64,000 nt of DNA from Pseudomonadota bacterium (lineage in GTDB: Bacteria; Pseudomonadota; Gammaproteobacteria; Thiotrichales; Thiotrichaceae): NCBI GenBank assembly GCA_039797295.1, contig JBDKID010000003.1:27502-91501 (forward strand). The letters are read 5' to 3'. The position numbers and the translations under genes are program-made. This document shows positions 54,049 through 62,947 of the stretch, piece after piece (position 1 is the stretch's first letter; each line of letters opens with the position of its first letter). Below the pieces are notes generated by a model. The model was not told the DNA's origin. It saw nothing but the letters and a program-made list of their open reading frames with translations, and searched no databases.

Positions 54049-54492
54049 ATGCAAGCTTTACTGATTATTGCGCATGGTAGCCGCCGTGCGGAATCCAACG
54101 CGGAAATTCGCGTGCTGGCACAGCGTGTGGCGCAACTCACGGGTGATGCGTATGGCTTTATCGGTAGTGCGTTTTTGGAATTAGCCGCACCGTCGATTGC
54201 GGATGGGATTCAGCAATGCATGGATGCTGGAGCGCAAGGCATTACCATTATGCCGTTTTTCTTATCCGCAGGACGGCATGTGGTCACGGATGTGCCACAG
54301 CAAGTACACGATAAGCTAAAGGCTTTCCCACAGATTGCGGTGAAGTTCGCACCGTATTTGGGCGTGTCGGATTTAATGCCGAGTTTGATTATGCAGGCAG
54401 CACAAGCAGCGTGTCAGTGTCAGCGAGGGGAATGCCGTTATCCAATGTGTTTGCAGGATTCAGCGGGGATTGATGTCGTTAGCGATGGCTAA
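54049..54492 (+). CDS. Short CbiX/SirB-type sirohydrochlorin chelatase with Cys-rich tail
   Basis: IIAHGSRR, AFLELAAPS, PFFLSAGRHV. Confidence 0.88.
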   Translation: MQALLIIAHGSRRAESNAEIRVLAQRVAQLTGDAYGFIGSAFLELAAPSIADGIQQCMDAGAQGITIMPFFLSAGRHVVTDVPQQVHDKLKAFPQIAVKFAPYLGVSDLMPSLIMQAAQAACQCQRGECRYPMCLQDSAGIDVVSDG

Positions 54493-54511
54493 TGGGGTGA
54501 GAAAAGAAAGA

Positions 54512-54697
54512 GGGACACGCTCCAAAACGTCGTGGAAGACTTCGACCTTGAACCAATGGTTCAAGTGGGTGCGGTGAGTGTATATCAGGCTTACCGTCTT
54601 GCGGTCATGCACACCAAGACACTACGACCACTCCCGGGGCAAAAAATTAGGCTCAAGGATAATACCCATCTCCTCACGATAACCCCAGAGGTGTCCT
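54512..54697 (-). ncRNA. ssrS: 6S RNA
   Basis: About 186 nt just downstream of zapA; termini pair (GGACAC / GTGTCC); contains CTTGAGCC and CTTGAACCATTGGTTCAAG hairpin. Confidence 0.88.
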
Positions 54698-54747
54698 TGA
54701 ACCCATACTATTACATTTATGTGTCGGGGGGAAGAATTGACAAGTGC

Positions 54748-55056
54748 TTAGGCTTTGTGCTTCTCCAAGGTAAAGTCGACCCGACGCTGTAATTTTTCTA
54801 ATTGTTCGAGTATTTCAGCCGACGGTGCGGTATTCGTCAGGCTGGTATGCATGAGTTCGTGAGCAAGGTTCAGCGCGACCATCACCGCAATACGGTCTGT
54901 GCCTAACACTTTGCCAGTTTCACGCACTCGCCGCATTTCACGATCCACACGCTTGGCAGAGGCGGTAAGGGCAACTTGTTCACCTTCAGGGCAAGCCACG
55001 ACATAATCCTTATCAAGGATGCGCACCGTGACAGGTTTGATGATTGTTTTTTCCAT
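54748..55056 (-). CDS. zapA: Cell division protein ZapA
   Basis: VTVRILDKDY.VACP, DRIAVMVALNLAHE. Confidence 0.95.
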   Translation of the reverse strand: MEKTIIKPVTVRILDKDYVVACPEGEQVALTASAKRVDREMRRVRETGKVLGTDRIAVMVALNLAHELMHTSLTNTAPSAEILEQLEKLQRRVDFTLEKHKA

Positions 55057-55076
55057 GTTTTAGGTATTGTCAGGGG

Positions 55077-55310
55077 TTAAGAAGTCTGAATGGTGTTTTT
55101 TAGGCGATTTATCGTCGCTTCAAGTTGTGCTAGTGCTTTATCGTGACGACCGCGCAACACGTTATATTCCTCTTGTAAGATGATTTCACGTTGTTTCAGG
55201 TCGCTATTTTCCGCTGACAAATTTTCCACAAGTTCCAGCAGACGCGTAATGCGTCCCTCAAGGGCGTTTAGGTGATTTTTCAGTGTAATGTCCGGGGCTT
55301 GTGCATTCAT
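55077..55310 (-). CDS. TIGR02449-like (ZapB-like) coiled-coil protein
   Basis: 77-aa coiled coil upstream of zapA (LEGRITRLL...LEATINRLK). Confidence 0.8.
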   Translation of the reverse strand: MNAQAPDITLKNHLNALEGRITRLLELVENLSAENSDLKQREIILQEEYNVLRGRHDKALAQLEATINRLKNTIQTS

Positions 55311-55384
55311 GCGATAATGTTAGTAAAGACTGCGGAAGGTGGTCAATCATCTCATAATACGGATTTGTAACGGAGAAGAAAGTT

Positions 55385-55951
55385 TTGCAAGACGCATTAC
55401 CTCAACAGCCCCCTGCTTATTCACGCTTAGAGCAAGCTCTGACGCGCATAGACTGTGATTATTCACCTGCTGAAGCTCAGGGTATTGCCTGTGGTTTGCT
55501 GGTGATAAATCAGAGTATTGATCCGACGAACTGGCTTAAATTGCTTGTTACCGGCGACCCTAAAGATTTTTACGTGCAAGAAGCGCGGCAATTATTGCGC
55601 GAATTATTCGCCACGACTCGTCAGCAAATGAATGGTGTGGATTTGGATTTCGCGCTATTTTTGCCCGAAGATACCGAATTAGCCTTACAAGTGGATGCCA
55701 TGCAAGCGTGGTGTCAGGGATTTGGCTTAGGGTTAGCCAGTGCGGGTATTAAAGATTTCAAAAAATTACCCACCGATTCGCGCGAATGGGTGGAAGATGT
55801 GGTGAATATCGGTGCTTCGGGCGAAATGGATTTGGATAATGAAGACGAATCCGAAGATGCTTTGGCGGAAATCATCGAATACCTGCGCGTTGGCGTGTTA
55901 ATGATGAACGAAGAAATGCAGCCGATGAAAGCTGCACCACAGGTACATTGA
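55385..55951 (+). CDS. ygfB: UPF0149 (YgfB) family protein
   Basis: SPAEAQGIACG, WCQGFGLG, EIIEYLRV; upstream of pepP. Confidence 0.9.
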   Translation: MQDALPQQPPAYSRLEQALTRIDCDYSPAEAQGIACGLLVINQSIDPTNWLKLLVTGDPKDFYVQEARQLLRELFATTRQQMNGVDLDFALFLPEDTELALQVDAMQAWCQGFGLGLASAGIKDFKKLPTDSREWVEDVVNIGASGEMDLDNEDESEDALAEIIEYLRVGVLMMNEEMQPMKAAPQVH

Positions 55952-55953
55952 TT

Positions 55954-57303
55954 ATGCAAAAAGTCACGATTCCCCCAACAGAATACGCTGCACGTCGCCG
56001 CCGTTTACTCGATAAGCTGGGTCAGAATGCCATTGCGGTCGTGCCGTCGGGCAGTTTGAAAGTGCGCAATCGCGATGCCGAATACCCCTTTCGCCAAGAC
56101 AGCGACTTTCACTATTTAACCGGATTTAACGAGCCGGAAGCCGTCGCGGTTTTCGCGCCGGGGTGTGAAGGTGGTGAGTATGTGCTGTTTTGCCGTGAAA
56201 AAAATCCGGCAATGGAACGTTGGACGGGCTTGCGTGCAGGGATCGAAGGGGCACAAGACGTACACGGTGCAGATATTGCTTACTCGATTGATGACTTGGC
56301 GCATCGTTTGCCACGGTTGCTGATTGGTCGTGATCAGGTGCATTACGATTTGGGGGCGAATGCGGAATTTGATCAGCAGATGATTGGCTGGATTAACCAG
56401 CTTCGTGCCAAAGCGCGGGCAGGTATTCGTGCCCCACACGCGATTGTAATGTTGGATCGAATGCTGCACGAAATGCGCTTGTTCAAGTCTGAGGCAGAAA
56501 TCGCGGTGATGCGTTACGCTGCGCAAGTTTCCGCCCAAGCCCATACCCGTGCCATGCAAGTGTGCAAAGCGGGGATGTATGAGTATGAAATCGAAGCTGA
56601 ATTTCTGCACATCTTTCGCAAACACCGCATGGATTGCGCCTATACCACGATTGTTGGCGGCGGCAAAAATGCCTGCATTCTGCATTACATCGAAAATAAT
56701 GAAGCCTTACGCGATGGCGATTTATTGCTGATTGATGCGGGGGCGGAACACGATAATTACGCAGCGGACATTACCCGTACTTTCCCTGTGAACGGCAAGT
56801 TTAGCCCTGAACAACGCGCTTTGTACCAATTGGTGTTAGATGCGCAAAAAGCTGCCATAGATCAAGCTGTCGCGGGCAAAACGTGGGATGATCCGCATCA
56901 AGCAGCGGTTAAAGTTTTAGCACAAGGCTTGCTGGATTTGGGCATTTTAAGCGGTACGTTGGAAGATGCCTTAAACCCACCACCCGTAGCTGCTGGTGAG
57001 TTGCCACCAGAAGCCCCGTATCGGCAGTTTTACATGCACAAAACCGGACACTGGTTGGGCATGGATGTACACGATGTCGGTGATTACAAAATCGGCGATG
57101 TGTGGCGCACCTTGGAAGCCGGAATGGTGCTAACCGTCGAGCCGGGTTTGTACATTTCCCCAGCGGATAATGTCGACCCGAAATGGTGGAATATCGGCAT
57201 TCGTATTGAAGACGACGTGCTGATTACTGCTGACGGTAATGAAATTTTGACCCGCGACGTGGTGAAAACAATAGACGAAATTGAGGCGTTGATGCATGTT
57301 TGA
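55954..57303 (+). CDS. pepP: Xaa-Pro aminopeptidase
   Basis: FRQDSDF, LIDAGAE, ADITRTFP, GHWLGMDVHD, TVEPG, GIRIEDD. Confidence 0.97.
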   Translation: MQKVTIPPTEYAARRRRLLDKLGQNAIAVVPSGSLKVRNRDAEYPFRQDSDFHYLTGFNEPEAVAVFAPGCEGGEYVLFCREKNPAMERWTGLRAGIEGAQDVHGADIAYSIDDLAHRLPRLLIGRDQVHYDLGANAEFDQQMIGWINQLRAKARAGIRAPHAIVMLDRMLHEMRLFKSEAEIAVMRYAAQVSAQAHTRAMQVCKAGMYEYEIEAEFLHIFRKHRMDCAYTTIVGGGKNACILHYIENNEALRDGDLLLIDAGAEHDNYAADITRTFPVNGKFSPEQRALYQLVLDAQKAAIDQAVAGKTWDDPHQAAVKVLAQGLLDLGILSGTLEDALNPPPVAAGELPPEAPYRQFYMHKTGHWLGMDVHDVGDYKIGDVWRTLEAGMVLTVEPGLYISPADNVDPKWWNIGIRIEDDVLITADGNEILTRDVVKTIDEIEALMHV

Positions 57304-58507
57304 TGTCCTGATTGTCGGTGGTGGTATGGTCGGCGCGAGTCTCGCCGTCGCGCTCAAGCCCTTAAAGCTGAAAGTTGGTTTGATTGAGGCGTTTAACTTC
57401 GGTGTGGCGGAACAGCCGAGTTACGACGACCGTTCGATTGCATTGTCGTATGGTTCGAGCCGCATTTATCAGGGCATGGGGCTGTGGGGCAAGCTGCGTG
57501 AAGGTGTGGAAAGTATTCAACACATCCACGTTTCGGATCGTGGGCATTTTGGTGCGACGCGCATGGCGGCGGTGGAAGAAAACGTACCAGCTTTGGGTTA
57601 CGTGGTGGAAAGCCGTGTGCTCGGTAAACTGCTCTACGACGAGTTAACAAACGGTGAAGTGGAACTGATTGTTCCGGCAAAAGTGTATGGGATGGAACAA
57701 AGTGCTGAGCACGTAACGGTACACATTGAGCGCAATGGTGTGGCAGATGTACTGGAAACGCGCTTGTTAGTGGTTTCGGATGGGCGTGATTCTGGCGTGC
57801 GTGACATGCTAGGCATTGAGGCAACTCGCAGCGAATACCATCAAACCGCTTTGATTGCCAATGTCACGACTGAAAAGCCTCATGCGAATATGGCTTACGA
57901 ACGTTTTACCAGTAGTGGTCCTTTAGCATTACTGCCGTTGACGCAAGGGCGTTATTCTTTGGTGTGGACGCATCGTGATGAAGATGTTGCTGCCACTATG
58001 CAATTGGATGATGCGGGTTTTTTGCGTAAATTACAGGCCGAGTTCGGCTTCCGCCAAGGGCTATTCACCAAAGTGGGGCAGCGGGCGACTTACCCCTTAG
58101 TTCTGGTGAAAGCGGTTAAAGAGGTTGCAGGACGAGCCGTGGTGATTGGTAATGCTTCACATGCTTTGCACCCTGTGACTGGGCAAGGTTTGAATCTGGG
58201 CTTGCGGGATGTGGCGCAATTGGCTGATTTGCTGGCAGAAGTCGCGCAAGTCGCTGGTGATCCCGGTGCTGCGGATTTACTGGCACGTTATCAAGCACTG
58301 CGTGAACCGGATCAGCAAGCCGTTGTGCGTTACACCGATACGCTGGTGCGCGTGTTTTCCAATGATTTTGCCCCACTAGCTCATGCGCGAGCGGTGGGTC
58401 TCATGGCTGTTGACCGTATTGCACCCTTACGACGTTGGAATGCGCGACAAGGAATGGGTGTGCGGCAGCGACAAACGCGTTTGGCACGTGGATTGGGGTT
58501 AAAGTGA
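57296..58507 (+). CDS. ubiH: 2-octaprenyl-6-methoxyphenol hydroxylase UbiH
   Basis: IVGGGMVG, DDRSIAL, AYERFT, GNASHALHPVTGQGLNLGLRD; follows pepP. Confidence 0.92.
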   Translation: MFDVLIVGGGMVGASLAVALKPLKLKVGLIEAFNFGVAEQPSYDDRSIALSYGSSRIYQGMGLWGKLREGVESIQHIHVSDRGHFGATRMAAVEENVPALGYVVESRVLGKLLYDELTNGEVELIVPAKVYGMEQSAEHVTVHIERNGVADVLETRLLVVSDGRDSGVRDMLGIEATRSEYHQTALIANVTTEKPHANMAYERFTSSGPLALLPLTQGRYSLVWTHRDEDVAATMQLDDAGFLRKLQAEFGFRQGLFTKVGQRATYPLVLVKAVKEVAGRAVVIGNASHALHPVTGQGLNLGLRDVAQLADLLAEVAQVAGDPGAADLLARYQALREPDQQAVVRYTDTLVRVFSNDFAPLAHARAVGLMAVDRIAPLRRWNARQGMGVRQRQTRLARGLGLK

Positions 58508-59139
58508 TGAATGCGTTAGCACGTCAGACGACTGATCTGGAGATGATTATCGATCAGTTGGTTGAAGAGGGGTGGGTGGTTCTGCCGGATTTTTTCCCGT
58601 TGGAACAAATGCGTGAACTGCGTGAACAAGCGCAAGCACAGTGGGATGCGGGTGATTTCCATGCGGCTGGTATTGGGCGTGGGCAAGAATTGAATGTCAA
58701 TGAGTCGATTCGTAATGATCATGTGCAATGGTTGGAACGCACGGATTGCGGCGCATTAGGGGATTACCAAGCATTTATTGAAGACCTTCGCCAAAGCTTA
58801 AATCGTGCTTTATATTTGGGGCTATTTGAATTTGAAGCGCATTTCGCTATGTACCCACCGGGTGCATTTTATCGACGGCATTTGGATAACTTTCAAGGTA
58901 CGACAGCCCGTAAGGTGACAGCCATCCTGTATTTGAATGAAGACTGGCATGAAGGTGATTGTGGGCAGTTGCGTCTGTATACCGACCACGGTAAACCCAA
59001 TGATTATGTCGACATATTTCCCCATGCTGGACAGTTAGTGTTATTCATGAGCAGCCGTTTCTGGCACGAAGTATTACCAGCACGTTGTGAGCGTTTCAGT
59101 CTAACGGGGTGGTTGCGCACGCGCGATGATAAGTTCTAA
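58507..59139 (+). CDS. 2OG-Fe(II) oxygenase (prolyl-4-hydroxylase-like)
   Basis: YPPGAFYRRHLD, ILYLN, FWHEV, RFSLTGW; ATG overlaps ubiH stop. Confidence 0.92.
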   Translation: MNALARQTTDLEMIIDQLVEEGWVVLPDFFPLEQMRELREQAQAQWDAGDFHAAGIGRGQELNVNESIRNDHVQWLERTDCGALGDYQAFIEDLRQSLNRALYLGLFEFEAHFAMYPPGAFYRRHLDNFQGTTARKVTAILYLNEDWHEGDCGQLRLYTDHGKPNDYVDIFPHAGQLVLFMSSRFWHEVLPARCERFSLTGWLRTRDDKF

Positions 59140-59248
59140 TGATACTTAACCTTGGTTATCATGAGAAATTTTAATGATTGATTTATAAGGCATGTTGTTT
59201 ATAATTTGTCCTTCATTTGTAACCGTAGCTGTTAGACAGTATTGCTTC

Positions 59249-59503
59249 ATGACGGGCGAAAAATTAACAATCGACATGCTAGAAAGCCTCGCAGAAGACA
59301 TTGCGACTTTGCTACGCAGCCATCTCGACCTACCAGAACGTGGCGTGGAAATTCGAGTAGAAACAGTCACTTTAGCGCAAAAAGCCTGTGTCAGGATTTT
59401 TGCCTATACCGTTGATAAAGCGGAATTGTTTACGGTGAGTGTGGAACTAAAAGACCCACCCCCACCCGGTAATTTGAGTTTAAAAAGTGTGTTTTATAAG
59501 TAA
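59249..59503 (+). CDS. Small hypothetical protein (84 aa)
   Basis: Open frame with upstream TTGATT (59178)-16 bp-TATAAT (59200); no recognised domain. Confidence 0.55.
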   Translation: MTGEKLTIDMLESLAEDIATLLRSHLDLPERGVEIRVETVTLAQKACVRIFAYTVDKAELFTVSVELKDPPPPGNLSLKSVFYK

Positions 59504-59519
59504 GCGCGAGGCTTAAAGC

Positions 59520-61061
59520 TTAAACATCCATCATATCGCTGGGATTATTTTCCATCGTGGCGGCGGGTTTCGCGCTGCGTTTGGGATACGGGTAAAGCTG
59601 ATCCAAGGGAATGATTTTGCCATTGGGTTGCACAATGCGGCAGTGTTGACGGCGTAATTCACGCGGCTCATGCACGCCACACGAATGCGCAATGGTTTCC
59701 ACTTCATGCACCAGATTGTGATGATAATTCGCTACCCGTGTGGCTTTATCTTCCACCACTAAACCTTTTTGCAAGCGCGGATTGTGCGTGGTAATCCCCG
59801 TTGGGCAGGTATTCTTATTGCACTGCATGGCTTGAATACAGCCCAGCGAGAACATAAAACCGCGTGCGTTATTCACGAAATCTGCCCCTGCACACAACGC
59901 CCATGCCACTTGTGACGGGTTGAGTAATTTTCCCGCCGCAATAATGCGAATGCGATCACGCAAGCCGAACTTGTACAGCATGTCGACCACGTTCGGCAGC
60001 GTTTCTTGAATCGGCAAACCGACGTAATCCATCAAACTCATGGGGGCTGCACCCGTACCGCCATCGGAACTGTCCAAGGTAATGAAGTCTGGTGCGCTTT
60101 CAATGCCACGGCGTTGCACTTCGCGGAACAGCTTTTCCAACCAACGATAACCACCGACCACTGCTTTAAAGCCCACCGGTTTGCCCGTGACCTCGCGGAT
60201 ATGGTTCAGCATATCGAGTAAATCTTGTTCGTTATTAATTTCAGGGTGGCGATTCGGGCTAATCGACGCTTGCCCGACGGGAATGCCGCGAATGTGCGCG
60301 ATTTCGGCAGTAACTTTTTCGGCAGGTAAAATCCCGCCTTTCCCCGGTTTCGCACCTTGGCTGAGTTTTAATTCAAACATTTTGATTTGCGGAATGGCAG
60401 CGACTTCGCGCAATTTCTCATCGCTGAGATTGCCGTGTAAATCGCGTACCCCGTATTTCGCCGTGCCGATTTGGAATACCACATCACAGCCGCCTTCTAA
60501 ATGCGCTTGCGCTAAACCGCCTTCACCCGTATTCATCCAGCAACCTGCTTGCGCTGCACCGCGTGACAGGGCGCGAATCGCAGGTGTGGATAACGCGCCG
60601 TAACTCATGCCGGAAATATTGAAAAATGAACGTGCTTCATAAGGTTCGCGGCAATATTGCCCAATAATGCGCGGTTTCATGGGCGCAAGATCGGTTTCTA
60701 ACACTGGATAAGCGCAGTTAGTAAACAATGCTGTACCGGGAGTGCTGAGATTCGTGGTCGAACCAAACGCCACGGTATTGTCGAGATTTTTTGCCGCACG
60801 GTACACCCATGAACGTTGCGCACGGTTAAACGGCATTTCCTCGCGATCCATTGCAAAAAAATACTGGCGCAAAAATTCGCCTAAATGCTCCAACCAATAA
60901 CGAAAATGCCCAACCACCGGGTAATTGCGCAAAATCGCGCTTTTGGTTTGGTGGGTGTCGTGGATGTACAACGCCACACCTATCAATGCCAATGCACCCA
61001 CCACCGCGACAAACAGTGCTGCCATAAACTCCAGTAGATGCAAAAAGAAACTACCTTCCAT
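59520..61061 (-). CDS. FMN-binding glutamate synthase family protein
   Basis: MSYGALS, NTGEGG, KLSQGAKPGKGG, DGGTGAAP, CIQAMQCNKNTCPTG. Confidence 0.95.
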   Translation of the reverse strand: MEGSFFLHLLEFMAALFVAVVGALALIGVALYIHDTHQTKSAILRNYPVVGHFRYWLEHLGEFLRQYFFAMDREEMPFNRAQRSWVYRAAKNLDNTVAFGSTTNLSTPGTALFTNCAYPVLETDLAPMKPRIIGQYCREPYEARSFFNISGMSYGALSTPAIRALSRGAAQAGCWMNTGEGGLAQAHLEGGCDVVFQIGTAKYGVRDLHGNLSDEKLREVAAIPQIKMFELKLSQGAKPGKGGILPAEKVTAEIAHIRGIPVGQASISPNRHPEINNEQDLLDMLNHIREVTGKPVGFKAVVGGYRWLEKLFREVQRRGIESAPDFITLDSSDGGTGAAPMSLMDYVGLPIQETLPNVVDMLYKFGLRDRIRIIAAGKLLNPSQVAWALCAGADFVNNARGFMFSLGCIQAMQCNKNTCPTGITTHNPRLQKGLVVEDKATRVANYHHNLVHEVETIAHSCGVHEPRELRRQHCRIVQPNGKIIPLDQLYPYPKRSAKPAATMENNPSDMMDV

Positions 61062-61221
61062 CCTCGTCCTCCATTGTTGTTAGTTAATTGCTTGCGGTAT
61101 TTTGCTGCAAGAAGCCCATAACCTTAGCAGCAAATACGCAGGTACGGCGTATAATTTCGATGTGCTGCGCTGGATACTGATGGCACAATACTTCCGGCTC
61201 GTTAAGTTAAGGATCAATAGC

Positions 61222-62055
61222 GTGGATAAACTCAAAGAACTGCTGACTCAAGGTGAAAATGCGCAAGTCGAGTTTAAATCAAGTGATGTTAGACCCGATG
61301 CTATTGCGCGTGAAATCACTGCATTTGCCAATACTACACCTGTTGCGGATACGGGCATTGAAGGGATTGATTTGCGTTCAGTTGATGCTTATTACCGTGC
61401 TTACTATGAAACGGATTTTCTAGATTTACCCGCTGATGAGCAACAGAGTCTCTTGCAAAATGCTGATATTTTAACGGAATTGGAAGGTAAACAAGTTGCA
61501 ACCGTTGGCGGTTTATTAATGTTTGGCAAACAACCACAACGGCGTTTACCACACAGTTCTATTATGTTTGCGGTATTTAATGGTAATGATATTACTGATG
61601 ATTTGCTTGATAAAAAAGAAATCATCGGTACTCTACCAGAATTAATTGATAAAGTGGTTGTATTGTTGCAATTGTTTTTACCAAATCCTTCAACAATAGA
61701 GGGAACGCGCCGTAGTGAAACGACTTTAATTCCGTTAAAGGTTTTACGCGAGTCTATTGTGAATGCTGTAGTGCATCGGGATTACTCACTCAGTCAGCGT
61801 AAAATACAAGTACATGTTTTTCGAGATCGTATTGAAATAACATCGCCTGGTAAATTGGCTAATACGTTGACATTATCCAAAATCCGTTATGGTAATTCTG
61901 CACCGCGTAATATTTTTCTCGTTAAATTTCTCGATAATCTACGCTATTTTGATGGTTTAGGTCGTGGTATTCCCATGATGATTAAACTCATGCAAGAGCG
62001 TATTCAATTTGAAGAAATCGGTGAGTTGTTCCGCGTGACTCTTCGATTTCATTAG
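61222..62055 (+). pseudogene. AlbA_2 (Schlafen-like) plus HATPase_c_4 protein with in-frame deletion of most of the AlbA_2 domain
   Basis: GTG 61222 after AAGGA; GENAQVEFKS...REITAFANT joins directly to TPVADTG; LRESIVNAVVHRDYS, IEITSPG, GRGI. Confidence 0.7.
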
Positions 62056-62075
62056 TAGTTATGGGAAAGTAAAGA

Positions 62076-62918
62076 ATGGATTATATTTGGCAGTTAGAGC
62101 TAAGGTCTTGGTTGGAAAAGTATAAGGCATTTCCAGTGGAGTTTCAGGATAGTGCAATTGCTTTTTTTGAGAAGGCGTTTGCTTTGATTAATAAGCCGGA
62201 TAAAGCATGGTTTGGACTGCATTCTAGTCGTGCAAGTCTGGTTGTCGGTCAGCTTTATGTGATTGCTATTCATAAATCCGCAGGTAATGATCAAGGTATT
62301 TGGTTGTTAGTTGATGAAACTGCTCCTTTAATTAATGGTTTGCACTATGTCCCCGTAAAATCAACCACTAAGTCGTTATTTCCTTTGCAATGGGGATTAG
62401 TAAGTTCTTATGCTTTACTGCCTAAGTTATTAGAAAATCGGTTGTTATGGGAATCATTTTATTCTGCTTCAGTAAAAGTTAATTGTGTTCCTAGTGGGGT
62501 AGATCGGGATACGGTGCAATTGAAGTGGGGGAAAAAGCGATTAACAGAAATTTTTAATCAAGACTACTCCACGCTAGTGAGAAATGAAATGATTTTTGCC
62601 GAGAGAGTTAAGCGAGCAAGTAACGAACGACCAGAAAGGCGTAGAATGAAGTTAGCTTTAGCCAATAAACAGCCTAGGAAAATAAAATTAGATACATGGT
62701 CTTTTCAACGCAATCCTGATGTTGTTGCAGAAGTTTTGTATCGTGCAAATGGAATCTGTGAAAGCTGCCATCAACCTGCTCCATTTTTAAAACGTTCTGA
62801 TAATGCTCCATATCTTGAAGTTCACCATTGTAAGCCATTGGCAGAAGGTGGCGATGATTCTATCGAAAATGCTGTTGCATTATGTCCTAACTGCCACCGT
62901 AAAGCCCATTATGGCTAA
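62076..62918 (+). CDS. HNH endonuclease, McrA-like C-terminal domain with unrecognised N-terminal domain
   Basis: RNPDVVAEVL...CESC..APF...YLEVHH.KPLAEGG.D..ENAVALCPNCHRKAH. Confidence 0.9.
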   Translation: MDYIWQLELRSWLEKYKAFPVEFQDSAIAFFEKAFALINKPDKAWFGLHSSRASLVVGQLYVIAIHKSAGNDQGIWLLVDETAPLINGLHYVPVKSTTKSLFPLQWGLVSSYALLPKLLENRLLWESFYSASVKVNCVPSGVDRDTVQLKWGKKRLTEIFNQDYSTLVRNEMIFAERVKRASNERPERRRMKLALANKQPRKIKLDTWSFQRNPDVVAEVLYRANGICESCHQPAPFLKRSDNAPYLEVHHCKPLAEGGDDSIENAVALCPNCHRKAHYG

Positions 62919-62947
62919 TTTGATTATGTGGGAAAGTTTAATTATTC

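Noticed and set aside
54033-54512. tRNA cluster sometimes found after birA-coaX-SPOR
   Set aside because: No cloverleaf or TTC-arm motif found; the space holds cbiX.
54532-54792. 86-aa plus-strand ORF
   Set aside because: Antisense to 6S RNA and the end of zapA.
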